Assembly: GCA_973895155.1 (NCBI GenBank)
Contig: OZ316897.1
Location: 9,013,832-9,077,831 of the forward strand
Direction of reading: 5' to 3'
Length of the DNA stretch: 64,000 nucleotides
Source: Marsupella aquatica
Taxonomy: Eukaryota > Plantae > Marchantiophyta
Position numbers and translations under genes: made by a program. Every line of letters starts with the position of its first letter. The stretch's first letter is position 1. This document shows, piece by piece, positions 25,866-38,859 of the stretch. The notes under the pieces are model-generated. The model was not told where the DNA came from and did no database searches. It saw nothing but the letters and a program-made list of their open reading frames with translations.

Positions 25866-26474
25866 CCCAAATCTAACACGAGGTGGCTTCGAGAATGTTC
25901 TGTGGGAGGATATTAGTGAACGCTATGGGACAATGAAGTTCATGTCATGCTGAGTTTGAGCGCAATCAATACCTGAAAGCAACAGAAAGTGCCCTCTGCG
26001 GTCTGCAGGAGGTTGGGGTGGGGCAGTGGCATGGTTCAGTGCCACTCCGTGATCAGTGAACGGAACGGGTCTTTCCATCCACTACTGTTTGATTTTGAGT
26101 GAGCATTGTCCGGTGGGGAACCGCATTCTCCCAGCTGAGCTTGTCTCTGATCATGCTGTCCGTCATACTTGTTGGCTGATGAAGCTCGTGATGTTACACG
26201 AAGGACCCAATTCGAAAAATGTTAGGCATTCATTCAGACAAGCTAGAAGCATTCGGCCTGCAGCTCTGGACACTGCTGCAGCTCGATTGAGACTCTGACC
26301 CTCAACGTGGTCTGCGTTTTTTCCTGTACTCTTGTCACAGTCTCGTTTGTCCAGATAAGACTTCCCGACATCTGCCGCCCATCAGTGGAACCTCCAGAGT
26401 GCAGACTACAGACTACACTACTGCTGCATGAGGCAGCTGAAGTTTCAAGGATTGGTTTGACTCGGCTGACTCCC

Positions 26475-26894
26475 TCATCCGCCCCCTGACCACTCTCTCG
26501 CTCTCCTCCCCAGAATTATTCCCCGAAGTACAGCAATGACCAGATTTGACGTCCGATCGACGCCAGGGCGTATTCGTACCAACCAATCGATACTGTCCTG
26601 TCCATTGATGTACGCAGCAATCCTCTTGATTTCGAAGTGATTGGTTGTGTTTCTCCCGCTGCCGTTCATTTTGACTGAAAGAGTCCGGTTCTCGTAACAA
26701 ACAAAAGGCATCATTAAGTAAGGGCTGGAAAAGGACTGATAGCTGCAAGTCGCCCTCCACTGAATCTCACCAGAGCCATCATCCGACTCAACTTCCGCGT
26801 GGAAGTAAGAGGTTGAGTCGGGTGGAGTGCAATGGGGAACACGGAGCAAGAGTCCAAACGATCGTCCCTTTATCTTCCAGAAAGCATGAAACAA
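26475..26894 (-). CDS. Unassigned ORF or gene fragment (139 aa)
   Basis: Non-repetitive, protein-like ORF in CpG-rich DNA; no ATG start; only a weak resemblance of WLVRIRPGVD to LURP-one/Tubby-C-like C-termini. Confidence 0.25.
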   Translation of the reverse strand: MFHAFWKIKGRSFGLLLRVPHCTPPDSTSYFHAEVESDDGSGEIQWRATCSYQSFSSPYLMMPFVCYENRTLSVKMNGSGRNTTNHFEIKRIAAYINGQDSIDWLVRIRPGVDRTSNLVIAVLRGIILGRRAREWSGGG

Positions 26895-27074
26895 CGAGCG
26901 CTACTTCATGTAGCGAGATGTAAATTACAGTGCACTCATCATATCATCTTAGTATACAATTGCAAGTCAAACTGTAGATTATTAGTATAAAACTGCGATT
27001 CCTACTGTAGACTTTTCGCAATGCAGGTCGAAAACTGAAGCTGTCCTTCGCAGCATAGGATGAAATTTTCGACG

Positions 27075-27330
27075 TCCAAGTTCGCAATACTGACTGCTGT
27101 GCAGGTTCAACAATCGCAACTCGGAGCACTTGATGACAAGTACAGAACCACTGTACTGTGCCGGTTGAAATCAGAAAGTCTTCGATTCAGATCTTTATGG
27201 CATCCAGGTCCGCAATGCAGACTGCTGTGCGAAGGTCGACATTCGCAACTCGGAGCACTTGATGACAAATACAGAACTACTGTACTGTGCCGGTTGAAAT
27301 CAGAAAGTCTAAGATTCAGATCTTTATGGC
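27075..27330. repeat. 129-bp direct tandem duplication
   Basis: TCGCAACTCGGAGCACTTGATGACAA...GATTCAGATCTTTATGGC at 27114 and 27243. Confidence 0.92.
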
Positions 27331-27639
27331 GAAGTCAAGATTCGGTTCTGTACAAGAGATGAAACTGCCGCGTTTGAGATTCTTGGCATTCTTCGGTAGA
27401 CCGGATTCACACCTTCAATGTAAGCCAGTCCAGGGCATGACATGATAGCCCCGGTATATCGGGTGAAAGAAATTTCGAGTTCAAGTTTCGCGAGACAGAC
27501 ACGATGAAGGTGCGAGTCCACAGGATAAGGCCAGGAAATAAACTGCAAGCTCGTGAATCATGGATTAGACGGGACGAGATTACAATACCATTACAATACC
27601 ATCGAGAAGGTATGGCCAAGCAAACGTCCAGGGAGAATT

Positions 27640-28095
27640 GAGAGAAACTGCGAGCACGAGACTTTTCAGAGAAACCCGCAAACTCCGCACCCCCGAGTCC
27701 GAAAGCAATTTACGCAACCGAAACAAAAAAAATAAACAATCACGAAACTGCGAGCTCGAGAATCACGCGACAGACAGATCAGACGGGATGAGTACCACAG
27801 AGAGAGCAGGGCAGGCAGCAGTCCACGGTGAAATAAAAACTGCGACCATGAAACGTTTCAGAGAAAACCGTTGACACAACCGCAACAACACAAAAAAAAA
27901 AGTAATCAATCAAGAAACTGCGAGCTCGAGAATCACAGATCGGACGGATTAGACCGGATGAGACTGCAATTCTCACCAGTACCACAGCTCTGGCAGGGCA
28001 GGCAGCAGTCCCGACAGAAGGAAAGAAACTGCGAGCGCGAAAGGTTTCACAGAAAACCGTTCAATCAATCCATCAAGAACTGCGAGTCTGAGAGC
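27640..28095. repeat. Degenerate ~170-bp duplication with recurring GAAACTGCGAGC motif
   Basis: About six AACTGCGAS motifs; GAAACTGCGAGCTCGAGAATCAC at ~27744 and ~27914. Confidence 0.75.
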
Positions 28096-28185
28096 CGTCC
28101 GTTTCAACGACTTACTGCTATCGACGCCGAGAGATAGAGTTCGTGAGACCACCGCAACACAGCATTCGCGTCCGCGTCATTCATC

Positions 28186-28595
28186 AGTCGATTGGACAAT
28201 TGTCTCTCGTAGCCATGCACGATTGAACAGAACAGAACAGAACAGAGAACAAAACAGACCAGAGTCGATTGGACAATTGCCTCTCGAATCCATGCACGAT
28301 CGAACAAAACAGAACAGAGTCGATTGGACAATTTCCTCTCGAAGCCAGGCACGATCGAACAAAACAAAACAGAGTCGACTGGACAATTTACTCTCGAAGC
28401 CATGCACGATCGAACAAAACAAAACAGAGTCGATTGGACAATAACTTTTTCTCTGAAGCCATGAACGACGGAACAGAACAAAACAGAACAGAACAGAGTC
28501 GATTGGACAATAATTTTTTCTCTGAAGCAACAGAACAAATCAAAACAGAACAGAACAGACTCGATTGGACAATTTTCTCTGGAACCCATGCACGA
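28186..28595. repeat. Minisatellite, ~55-75-bp unit x7 (AGTCGATTGGACAAT..CTCTCGAAGCCATGCACGATCGAAC + variable AGAAC/AAAAC pentamers)
   Basis: Seven TCGAYTGGACAAT cores; explains the repetitive ORFs on both strands. Confidence 0.95.
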
Positions 28596-28904
28596 GGGAA
28601 CGGAGCGAAATCGAACGCAAAGAAAGTATACCCCAATGCTCCTGTGTGTGAAATCATTTGGGCCACCACCACCGCAACGACGTGCAGGGAGAATCACTCC
28701 ACTAACTAGGCAACCCACAGCACCACCTCACCACCATCTCCACCATCTCCACCACTATTGTGAAATAACCAGCCCTATGACCAAATTTACGTGGTGACAA
28801 TAGGGAAGGTAAACCCCCCTTTGTATTTTTTTTCTTTGTATATCTAGACATAATTACAAAGCATTATCCTAACCAGTCCCGTGACCAAATCTTCGTGGTC
28901 ACCA

Positions 28905-29051
28905 TAGGGCGTCTCAAACATAGCGTTGCTGTCTCCGGTCGCAGTCAGGGACGGATTCCCAGGAAAAAAGTGGCGGACATGAGAATCCGTGTCCGTCTGC
29001 ATACTGCTGAGCGCCGTTTTTTCCTGCACCTCCAAGGTTTGAGACGCCCTA
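28905..29051. mobile_element. MITE, 147 bp
   Basis: Perfect 15-bp terminal inverted repeat TAGGGCGTCTCAAAC / GTTTGAGACGCCCTA. Confidence 0.8.
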
Positions 29052-31131
29052 ATAGGAAACCAGTCCTGTGATCAATTAATATGGGACAATAAATCCTTCC
29101 CCCCATTTTACTTTTTGTATTTCTAGGGATGGTTATGAGGCATTACCCTGAGTGTGAGCCATGGAACCCATGTGCCTGGGGATTCTCAAACTTGAATGAG
29201 AATACAAAAAGACTCACAACCTGCCTATGTCTCCCATAAGGACCCATAACAGTACTTGGACAACATTGGTGTCTCCCAATTGAAAGTTTTGCAGCCCATC
29301 ATTTGCCACCCCCTAGTGCAATAACCAAGCCAGGGACTAAACCTAAGTTGTTGCAATTGGTGGAACAATATTAGATTTTTGAGCCATTTCTACAATATAG
29401 CTTCCTATAGTATATTCTGGGCCAATTTCAGTAAAGGGTAACCCGTGGCCTTAAGGGGGTTATGGCATGTAATTCCCATGGGGGTTTATGGCATGTAATT
29501 CCCAAAGGCAATGAACCCAAGGGGGTTACAATCATCCCCAAGTTCTGATGGGCTAACAAGTATATCCCCCTACTCTAGTTTTGCTCTATTTTAACCTGAA
29601 GATTGTGCCTGAAATTGGATAACCCTCAAGGTGGGCTAGCCATGGGGCCAAAATATCATAACCCCCAGACCAGGTTGGCAGGGGTGGCGGCTCATAACCA
29701 TCCATACAAATACAAAGACAAAACTACATGAGGGATTTACTGGCCCTCGTCACTAGTCAAGTGAACTTTGTTCAGCTAATAATCCACTTGCCTGAGGACA
29801 TTTAAGTCCTGATGGCATAATTATTCAGAGACACACCCTGCCCTCTGATCCCCATTTTCCACTCGCACCCCTAATTTCATTTACACCCCCAACGTTATGG
29901 GCTAGAGGTGTCACTCTGGACCATAGGCCCTGAAGAGTAGCTTTCAATTGCAATTACATAGTAGATGTAATAGGATGTCTCAGACCTGTTGGTCCCCACT
30001 TTTTCAGTCAACCTGTACAAGAAAAATCAGGCTACCCATCTAGGAGCCCAACCTGGAGCAGAAGTGCCTGATAGGGAATTGGGCTTGAGACCTGTTTGAC
30101 ACTAGTCACCCCTTGCCATCCGAGGTAGACCACCAGACCCCACTCAGGTGGTTTGTTTGGAGAAATTGGCTTGATGAGAATGCAAGTTTTGAAATTCACC
30201 TGATGGGCCTGTATCTTCTAGCTACAATTCACATAATTTGAAATGAACTTGTTTGACGCGTGTATTTCTGATAAGTGTAGCTTGGTGAGGGTGTTTCCAC
30301 TATACCTCACAAATTTCCAAATTGTTTAAATACACTGTCTGGTTTGGCCTGACTATAAATATTTGAAATCATTTTTTGTTCAGTCAAGGCAGATTAACAA
30401 GGGAGCCTCATCTGCTAATTAATCTGCCACTCAACACCTCATGCAGGAGCGGGACACCCCCACCCCCATCTCCCCTCCCCAATTCCTGTTGCCACCCAAG
30501 CAAACCAGCAGTCCAGGGTCTATCCTGTACCAGGCAGCCCACCCACTATCATAGGGTCTTGAATCTAACCTGGCATCAGAATGTTATTGGGTAGGAACAG
30601 GAGTACAATCAAATTTCTTTTACCCGGGGCTTGATGGTTTTATCTCCTGTCAACTCCCCAGTTTGTTTACTAAACTCTATGTTGTCACAGACCTTGTTTA
30701 ATTACCAAGTGCAAATACTATTAAAGCACCTCTGTTGTGTACAAAGTGGAAATTCTGCAGACATTCTTTGTTCTGTTAATATCCTCTTTTAGTCTTGACA
30801 AGGCACCGCCGGAAATAATGTTCCATTACCTATATCTACTTTAGAACATTGCAGTCTAGCTAGCAATCAAGTTTGCTCATTTGTGGGTTCCATTAAGAGG
30901 AGAGGGACCCATGAGCTTGTGACTGTTACAAGGTGGTGGACGCTCCAAACAAGAAGAATTAAATCAGGTCACTCAATCAGATATAGAATCACTAGCATAT
31001 CAATCATGGCCTTTTGTCCTCAAATTTTGTTTGAACTTTGAGAATACAAATACAGGAAGGATAACACTAGACAACAATTCTTTCACTCTATATATTGTGG
31101 GACAAGACTTAAATAACATGAATGACAAATC

Positions 31132-34100
31132 TTAACCCTTTTTTGCAGGTGCCAAGAAAGCTTCTAGTTGAGCTTTCAGTTGCTTATTTGAACGAGTAAA
31201 GTAAGCAATTTCTTCCGCATGCTTCTTCTCTTCGTATTGTTTTCTTTCAACCTCTTTTTTCTCATTAACTTCACATTTATTCTGCATTTGATGCAGGGAA
31301 AAGGTTTAACAGAAGCTGGCTACCTTCATCAGGAATTTTGAGATTGAATTTGCAACAGTTATATGTGTACCAAACAGTTGTATTTGGTAAATTTTGGTAA
31401 ATTGTCTCAAATTGCCTAGAATTTATAGACCTGGCATTTTTGGCATACTTCACCCCACGGCGTATGCATGAGTGGGACTAATGAACAGTGCTAGATTATG
31501 AGTTAGACCCATAAATGATTGTTGTCAACAAGGTAGAGTTGCGCAAATCAAGAGTAAGTTTACATGCAATCCAAACAAGATTTGTTTTCTTTGATAGAAA
31601 AATTATATGCTTATATGTCTATCTATTAATTTGATACGTGTAGACAAAATCATCTTTGTTTGCAAGTACCAAATCAAGTCTGAACTCGTATCAAATTCAG
31701 GACCAAAATGCCAGCATTAAACTGAAATACATAATATGTCTTTAGGAGGAAATGGTTTTGAGACAAGTCAATTGCATTTTGGGAGTTAAGCATAGAAAAT
31801 GACAAATGTATTACGGGCTTTAATCCAAACTCATAATTTGATTTATGCCTTAATTATGAAAATGAAAGCAGAAGAATTCAATAGACTTCTTGTAGACTCA
31901 ATGACAACTAATAAGAATATCAAGGTGAACAGAAATATCACCTTCCATTCAGCAACTTGCCTATCAAGGTCCCGCAACTCTAGCTCGAGCTACACAAACA
32001 ATAATACTTTGTCATTGGTAGAGGTTAGACCATTTCCTCACAAGACCTACATAAATGAGGTCACAGAATTTGTTGGAGTGAAATCCTCAAGTGTTCTCTT
32101 GAAAGCTGAGATACTTGTGTAGGACATGACACCTACAACAGGGAGAGCATGGGGAAAAGCATACTTGTTGAATGCGGAGTTCCATATTAGCCTTTCCAAC
32201 CTCAGCTTGCAGTGCTTTCCTCAAGCCAAAGGCCACACTGCTTTCATAAAGAGTCTGATAGGCTGCTACCGTCTGGTATTTCAAGAAAGACTTGCCTTTT
32301 GTGAGAGGTTCACATTGAACTTTGTTTTACAATCAAGTGTGTTGATCTCAAGAAGTTTTAGATGTAGTTGATGATTGTAATTAGTTGAGCTGAAAGCCAC
32401 TATGATTATGTGATTTCGAGTACTTAGTTTTGCCTAACTTATCTACTTTTGTATAGAGTAAAACTGACAACAGCTTTCACAGTAAGGGTAAAAGTAAAGA
32501 TTTATTTTGATTACTTACCATTCTAAGTTCATCACGAACTCTAAGCAGAAGAAGTCCTCTTTCTGCACAATTCACTGTGGCTTGTCTAATGAGCTCATCA
32601 AAGCACTGCAACAGTTCAAAAGTGCATAATTTGTCATTCAACAATTTTTTCTTTTTTGCAAGAGGAAAACCGCAGCCACTTGCTCAAGTTTATTAATATA
32701 GAAAAAAAGTCACAAACAGCCACAAAGGCCGGGTACTTATGAAAAACCAAAGCTGAACCCAAAGCAGAAACGCATCAGGTGGCCATTGAGGAAGGACAGA
32801 GAAGACTAATCAAAGCAGCTAACCTCAGGTTACGAGTGTCAGAACCCCTTCAGTTATCAGTCTCTGGTATTAGTCACTCCCATCTGTCATTTGTGTGCGG
32901 AACCTTCCTACTCAGCCGGCAGGCCAAGTCGGAAAAGTAATGGGCAAGGTCATCAGGGTGAAATTTTCCAATTCGGCAAGGCCCTCAGGTGGAAAAGTGA
33001 GTCAAGGTCAACCAAGAGGGATTTGGGTTGATGGGAGTGCCTTGTAGAGTTTTCTAATTCAGCAAGATCTCCTACAGTACCGGATGGGAGTGCCTGATAA
33101 CTGGTGGAGTTAACAGCCTTCCTTGTGATGCCCCTCCTGATCACTCCATGACTTGTCAATAGCCATGTGTTACAAGGTAGGGTCGTTTACTCTCAGTGGG
33201 AGGCTGCCGCAATCTACTTGATAGTTTCTAGCAAGCAGAAGAAGTTTTAATAGACAATTAGAAATGTTGGAAGAATACTGAGCTTGAGCATAGAGCTCCT
33301 CTCGAATGGGACATATGCCTGTTTCTCGAGCTTGTCGATGTTGCAGTTGTTGATCAAGCTTTTCCTGCATCAAGTGATCAACAACACGATAATTTGAAAG
33401 TGGGAATATTTACTAATTGAGAACTCTCCACAATATTTCATGTAATTATAGATTGGAAGAATATTCTTTCAAAGTGTTCCTTGCTGGCAACATATGGAAC
33501 AAATACTCAAATAAAATATATTAAAGCATCCAAGTCTTGCCCCGGGCTTGGTTTGCTAGATTTTCTGGCTCTTATTGGTTTGTCTGTTTGTTCTTAAAAA
33601 TCATTGAACATATAAGAGGGTGTGTTCTAAAGAGATATTTAGAGTTGGAGGTGGTGGGAAATGAAATTTGCAGCTAATCTAATGGAAAGTTTATGGCCCA
33701 CAAAAGAAGCAATGCACATTATGTAGACACCTAACTCTCTTCTTTGTACTATTTCTCTCCATGGTTGCTTCATTGCAAAGGCTATAAGAATGGATTCTAA
33801 TATTATCTGAGATTTCAGAAAGTGTAATTTGTTTTAATCTATTCAAACCCCTTATACCCTTTCTTCTAGGGCCAGATAATTTTTACAAATTCCAATTGTG
33901 GAAAAGAACATGAACTTCAACAAGTTCTGGGTGGTACAGACCTGTAGATTGATGACATCAAGACGAGTTGCGGGAGAGCTAGAAACGCGTTGGACCCAAA
34001 CATCAGATCCCTCTGTCCAAGTCCTGCAATGTACAACAAAAAGTGAGTTCAAATCCTCAGAGCAATAGATATTGACATCCCAATTATGGCGAAGTGCACA

Positions 34101-35233
34101 CAGAATTATACTTTGTATTCTTATATTGTGGCTTCTTTTGATGATGCACTAAAACTTCTGACCTTACAGCTCACTAGAGGAGGGTCTTGAAAGATAATTG
34201 CACTGATACTCAGATGGAGTCAAATAAAAATCAAAAGGAGAACCATCAATGGGAATTTCTGCTTGAGCCTGCTAGAGGATGGTTGAGTTAGCAGAGAAAT
34301 GTGAATCACAAACAATAGCGTGTTGCAAAACTCTCATTATCAAACCTATCCAAGGTTGACAGCATCCAATACTTAAAGTTCAAGGGTCCAATTGAAAATG
34401 TACCACAAAATGTACCGCCTGAATTGGGCTACTAAAATTTTAGGCGGCTGCTTTGAAGAAACATGAGTCTTTGAGTTGAGGACTAGAAACATGTGTTGTT
34501 TAAGAACTCTATCTGCAAACCCAAGGAGAGGGGAGAAGCATGCCTTGGGGGTAATATGGCACCCAGAATATCCTCAGTTTGTGCCACACTTGTCTTGTGT
34601 TCCACTGCAGGTGGTGCCTTTAGTCCCCTCCAAAGCATTCCATTAATGTCATCAGATTTGTAAGGATAATTAGTCGCAAGTGGCATTAAAATAATGAAAT
34701 TTCAAGTTCAAGCTTTTGCGGGTTATACTCATAGATAGATAAGTATAATTGGTTGTTTATCTTGACTCCCACTTTCCAAAAATACAGTTGTCAACTTAAA
34801 CATTTGTTTGCCTCAAAGTACATTTACCATTCCAACATTTAGGTGTCCAATCCTCTTATTGGACACTACATGTCTTGAGATTCTTATGGTGGAGCTAGAG
34901 TAAAGTGTAAAATCTTACTTTGTGACCAACGTTTTCTTTACAACAATGCATGCATCTAGAAATGTTTAAGAAGCTCTTATATAGTGCAAAAGTCCACATC
35001 GCTTTTGAAAGCTTCACTTGTGTCCATAATTGATCAACCATCAATCAAATTAGGTCAGATCCACAGATTCACAAAAATGAGAAGGCTAGCACAAGACTTA
35101 ATTTGTAGGTAGACAAGCACCACACCTTTGCATTTTTAGAGCTAGATGTTGCTAGTTTCGAAGTAACAACAGAGGCATTTCCATATTTAAGAAGTGATGG
35201 CCATGGCTCAGGGCCCTGCTGTGGTGTAGACAT
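31132..35233 (-). CDS. DNALI1: Axonemal inner-arm dynein light intermediate chain p28 (DNALI1/IDA4 ortholog), 245 aa, 8 exons
   Basis: Exons 35233-35126, 34617-34544, 34023-33942, 33364-33284, 32605-32519, 32272-32165, 31989-31942, 31281-31132 join in frame: MSTPQQGPEPWPSLLKYGNASVVTS..QTEDILGAILPPRTWTEGSDVWVQRVSSSPATRLDVINLQEKLDQQLQHRQARETGICPIREELYAQCFDELIRQATVNCAERGLLLLRVRDELRMTVAAYQTLYESSVAFGLRKALQAE..EEKKHAEEIAYFTRSNKQLKAQLEAFLAPAKKG*, matching the p28 family as I know it. Confidence 0.95.
32645..33160 (-). mobile_element. Probable 5'-truncated LINE-like remnant in p28 intron 4
   Basis: Minus strand ends AATAAA...CTCTTGCAAAAAAGAAAAAA (A-rich tail) downstream of decayed coding-like sequence; no TSD found; 5' boundary uncertain. 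Confidence 0.35.
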
Positions 35234-38200
35234 TATCTTCCTCTATCTCCTGTGGTTAGGTCTGTCCTCTAGTTTCTCCCTATGAATGAGTCAGTCAATT
35301 CAACTTGGACTCCATAATGTGTACAAAGCTTTCTCTTTCTTCCCTCATCCAGAAGGATTGTAATGATACGGAATCTATTGATTCAATACTGTTTTCATTC
35401 TCTTGTAAGCCCATTCTTCCTTCACCACATAGGACTAGAGTTCCTCTATGGATTTCTTGCATCATTTTCTGGCACATCTTCCATAACAATTGCAGTGTCA
35501 CTCAGAAAAATGAATGTCCCTTAATTTGAATCTTCTCTATTTCCAGTCCAGGTTTTGTCTTGCAATGAATGAAATTTATGGTGTTGAATCCACTCAAATG
35601 AAGATCATTAGTTGGGTATCGACAGTAGTATTGGAACTCCTTGTTGAGGCTTCCTCTATCATTGTAAAGTTTGGAGCTAGCCTCCATAGATTAATTGATA
35701 TCAATTCCAGTGAGTGGGGTTCAACACAGGTCTAGCAAAGGCCTTGAAGGGAAGATTCTTGTCCTCATTTATCCCCGCATTTATCCGTATTTGTTTTGCC
35801 CTCGAATGGAGTGGACATCTAAATGGTCATTGTAGGAATAAATGCACTACTGTAGTCTAGGCTACAGGGGGAGCGAGAGGATCCGAGTGGGGGACCCGTA
35901 CCAGGAGGGGGAGAGGATTGAACCATGGTCACAAATCATCCTAACCAGATACGTAACAGTATGGAGATAATCAATACTCCCCCACAATACTACCCCCACT
36001 CACACATACGTCCGGTACCCCAGTGCATGGAGGGGGGATTTATCTGAGACACTTCTGTTCCAGAATCATCCTTGGGTCAACTGACCAACCTAGCTGGTCT
36101 AGATTGTTGAAAACATGTCATTATCCTCCATTCTTCAGTAAATTTCAATTTGCTGTGTCATCTGGCCATCTTGAGAGGTTTCATCTGGAATATTAAAAGC
36201 ATTAACAGACTTTGTTTTCACATCTTGGAAGGTCAACTACAAAAAAACCACTAGAGTCACGTGTGATCCCAAATAGGTATTTTTGTATTGTATTGACCAA
36301 AGGTTTAATTACAAAGCATAAAGAAGTAAAAAAAAGGGGGTTAGAGCACACCCTTAGGGTAGAGAATACTCTCCCTATAGGGTCTAAAACAAGGCACACC
36401 CTTTTCACACAAAGGGGTTCAGGTTTATCAAATGATTCTACTGTTTATACCTACCACACACCCAAGGGATAGTGGTTGAAATTGGGATGATTTATGTTCT
36501 TGGACATACTGGCAAAATAATGTCGGCTTGCGAAACTTCAGCAGATTCTTTACTTCATAATTTTAAGGCGGAAAGATGGATTTAGGATTAAGGGTAGCCA
36601 TGCAACTGGCTACAGGTCTTAGGAGAACCTATCAACTTTATTTTATACACCTAAAACCGGAATACAAAAACCCACAGAGGCCAGAAACTGTCCCAACAAA
36701 CCAAAGGAGGCGGAGGAGCCCCTTCACTGAGACCAACTAGCCTCAAGGCTAGGAGGACCTAGGCCCACTTGGATTGCAGAAAATGCGCACAAACAGAACC
36801 ATCTACAATGCTGCAAAAGGTTATACCAACAGATATGGCAGCATAAAATCACCAATTCATTTGATTAGAGAGGGTAGAGCTGGATTTGTGTTCTTGTTAG
36901 TTGCTTACATCTCTCATTCTCTCTTTTGCAATTGGGCAACAACCTTCAAGTTACCCTTGTCTGAAGTTAAGGTTGATAAAAACGTTCAATTTGTTTTAGC
37001 TTTAGTTAAAGTGCACTCCAGTGTTTTCCTTACTTTGTGTTTATGACATCTTGACAACTATGCCGACACAATTCTCACAAAAATGTGATTTTGTGGGCTT
37101 ATGTTCTCCAGAATGAAAACGAGACATGACAAAAGCATGCTCACACTTCTTTCCAACTTGGGAGTGAAACTGCAGGACCTATCACAATTGCAGTGCCGCA
37201 CACAGAGTCCCCAAAATCACATATCAAACAAACCATTTTTTTGCCAGACTACAACATGAAAGTGGGAGTTGTTTATAAGCATGAAAGACCAAATAAGAAA
37301 CATCATAAATTTACAATTGAAATGGTTGGATCATGTGAAATTTTATCAAGAATGGTCAAGTTGTCTTTGGACAAATGTGATCTTCTGATTTAAGATAAAG
37401 ATATGGAAAGGTATGTCTTTGGCTCCCACTAAATTTACTATGGAGCTCATGCTAGTTTAGATGGGGAGAGATAGAGAGTTTATCTAACTCATTGGTGCAT
37501 TGTGACTTTTCATAATGTCTAGTTTTTCAAGTTATCTGATAATTTTTCTCTTATTTATATTGATCAGATGGGATGTAAAATTCTAAGTAACCAGGCTGGT
37601 TAGTGATGACAATGATAACTTTTGATATGGCCAGAACACTGTGATTGAATTTGCCACTATTTATAGTTTAATTATTATATTGCCACCTCTTTTCGCCACT
37701 GGGCTAGCCACTGGTTAGGCAAAGTAAGTTTGGTTAGCTTGGATTATTCCAATAGAGGGCATCTTGCCAATTTTCCTCATCAAATTGTTGTCATTGTCTT
37801 CACCTTAGCCTCAACACTCTCTCCCACCCTTGACCACGGAAGATGGGGGAATTGTGCAGCCACCCAAGATGTGCTGGAGCAAGGTTGGGCAGGACCAAAG
37901 TACAAATCCAAACAATGTCCAAGGTTATAATAGAGGACAATGATGACCAGCCTAAGGTGAAAGATGTTGATACTTGAATTGTTTCAAGGTAAGTATAGTT
38001 ATTCAGCTGAACCAGTAGTGGAAAAAGATGGCAATGTAGTAAGGGGATCACCAAGTGTAGCACCTTTCACCTGTTGCTATTTGGGTGAATGGCAAGTTCA
38101 CTGGCAGGCTGAGTCAACAAGGGCATGGAGCACCTGGAGGATAGCCCCGGTCACCAGTAGACACTATTCTTGCAGTCCACCATAAGTTCTGGAATTTTCA

Positions 38201-38859
38201 TTGCTACCATGGCCATCAGGTCTCCAGTGGATTTGGCAAGAATGTGGAGGGAGTACTACTGGGAGAATTGGGAGGAAGCACTACTAGGAGCTCAAACTCG
38301 CCACAATTGCTACGCGGGTTGCACCATCTGGCCGGCAGGGATCCTGGGTTTTTAAATGTTTTGACTGATGAGAGACACTAGAGTGGGGCTTGCAAAGCAC
38401 ACTTGGTGTGGAGGGCACAACAAAGATTGTCCCATTCTTGCAACAGGTGGGGATGCCCTAATGAAGCCCCAAAACTGAAAAAGGTAACAATATGTTCATG
38501 CTGGAACAAGGGATGTTGCATGCACCATTAATGGAAACAATGTATTTGGAGGAATGATATAAAGAAAGTAACCTCAAAAGTTCAGGTAGAAGTAAAGACA
38601 GTCCAGACATATTCAACCCAACTTTGTTTTTGGCTGCCAGTACACTGTACACATCTGTAGCATCTGCTCAATCAATGGCGACCTTTACGGCTGGAGGGGA
38701 CCCTATCTTCAATCCTGAGCGTCCGTTGCCTCTGTCATCCGTCATGTCACTCTTGCATTAATTGCATCACTTCCAACTGACAGGCAAAAAAGCACACGAT
38801 GCAATTTACGCCACTGTGGAAAAAAATGTCAAGTGGAAGACTCTGAGAGAGTTGGGCTT

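Noticed and set aside
28186-28595. CRISPR-like regularly spaced repeats
   Set aside because: Spacers are themselves homologous and pentamer-rich, there are no cas genes and the context is eukaryotic: a minisatellite.
28104-28718. 204-aa and overlapping repetitive ORFs
   Set aside because: Products of the minisatellite, open in several frames on both strands.
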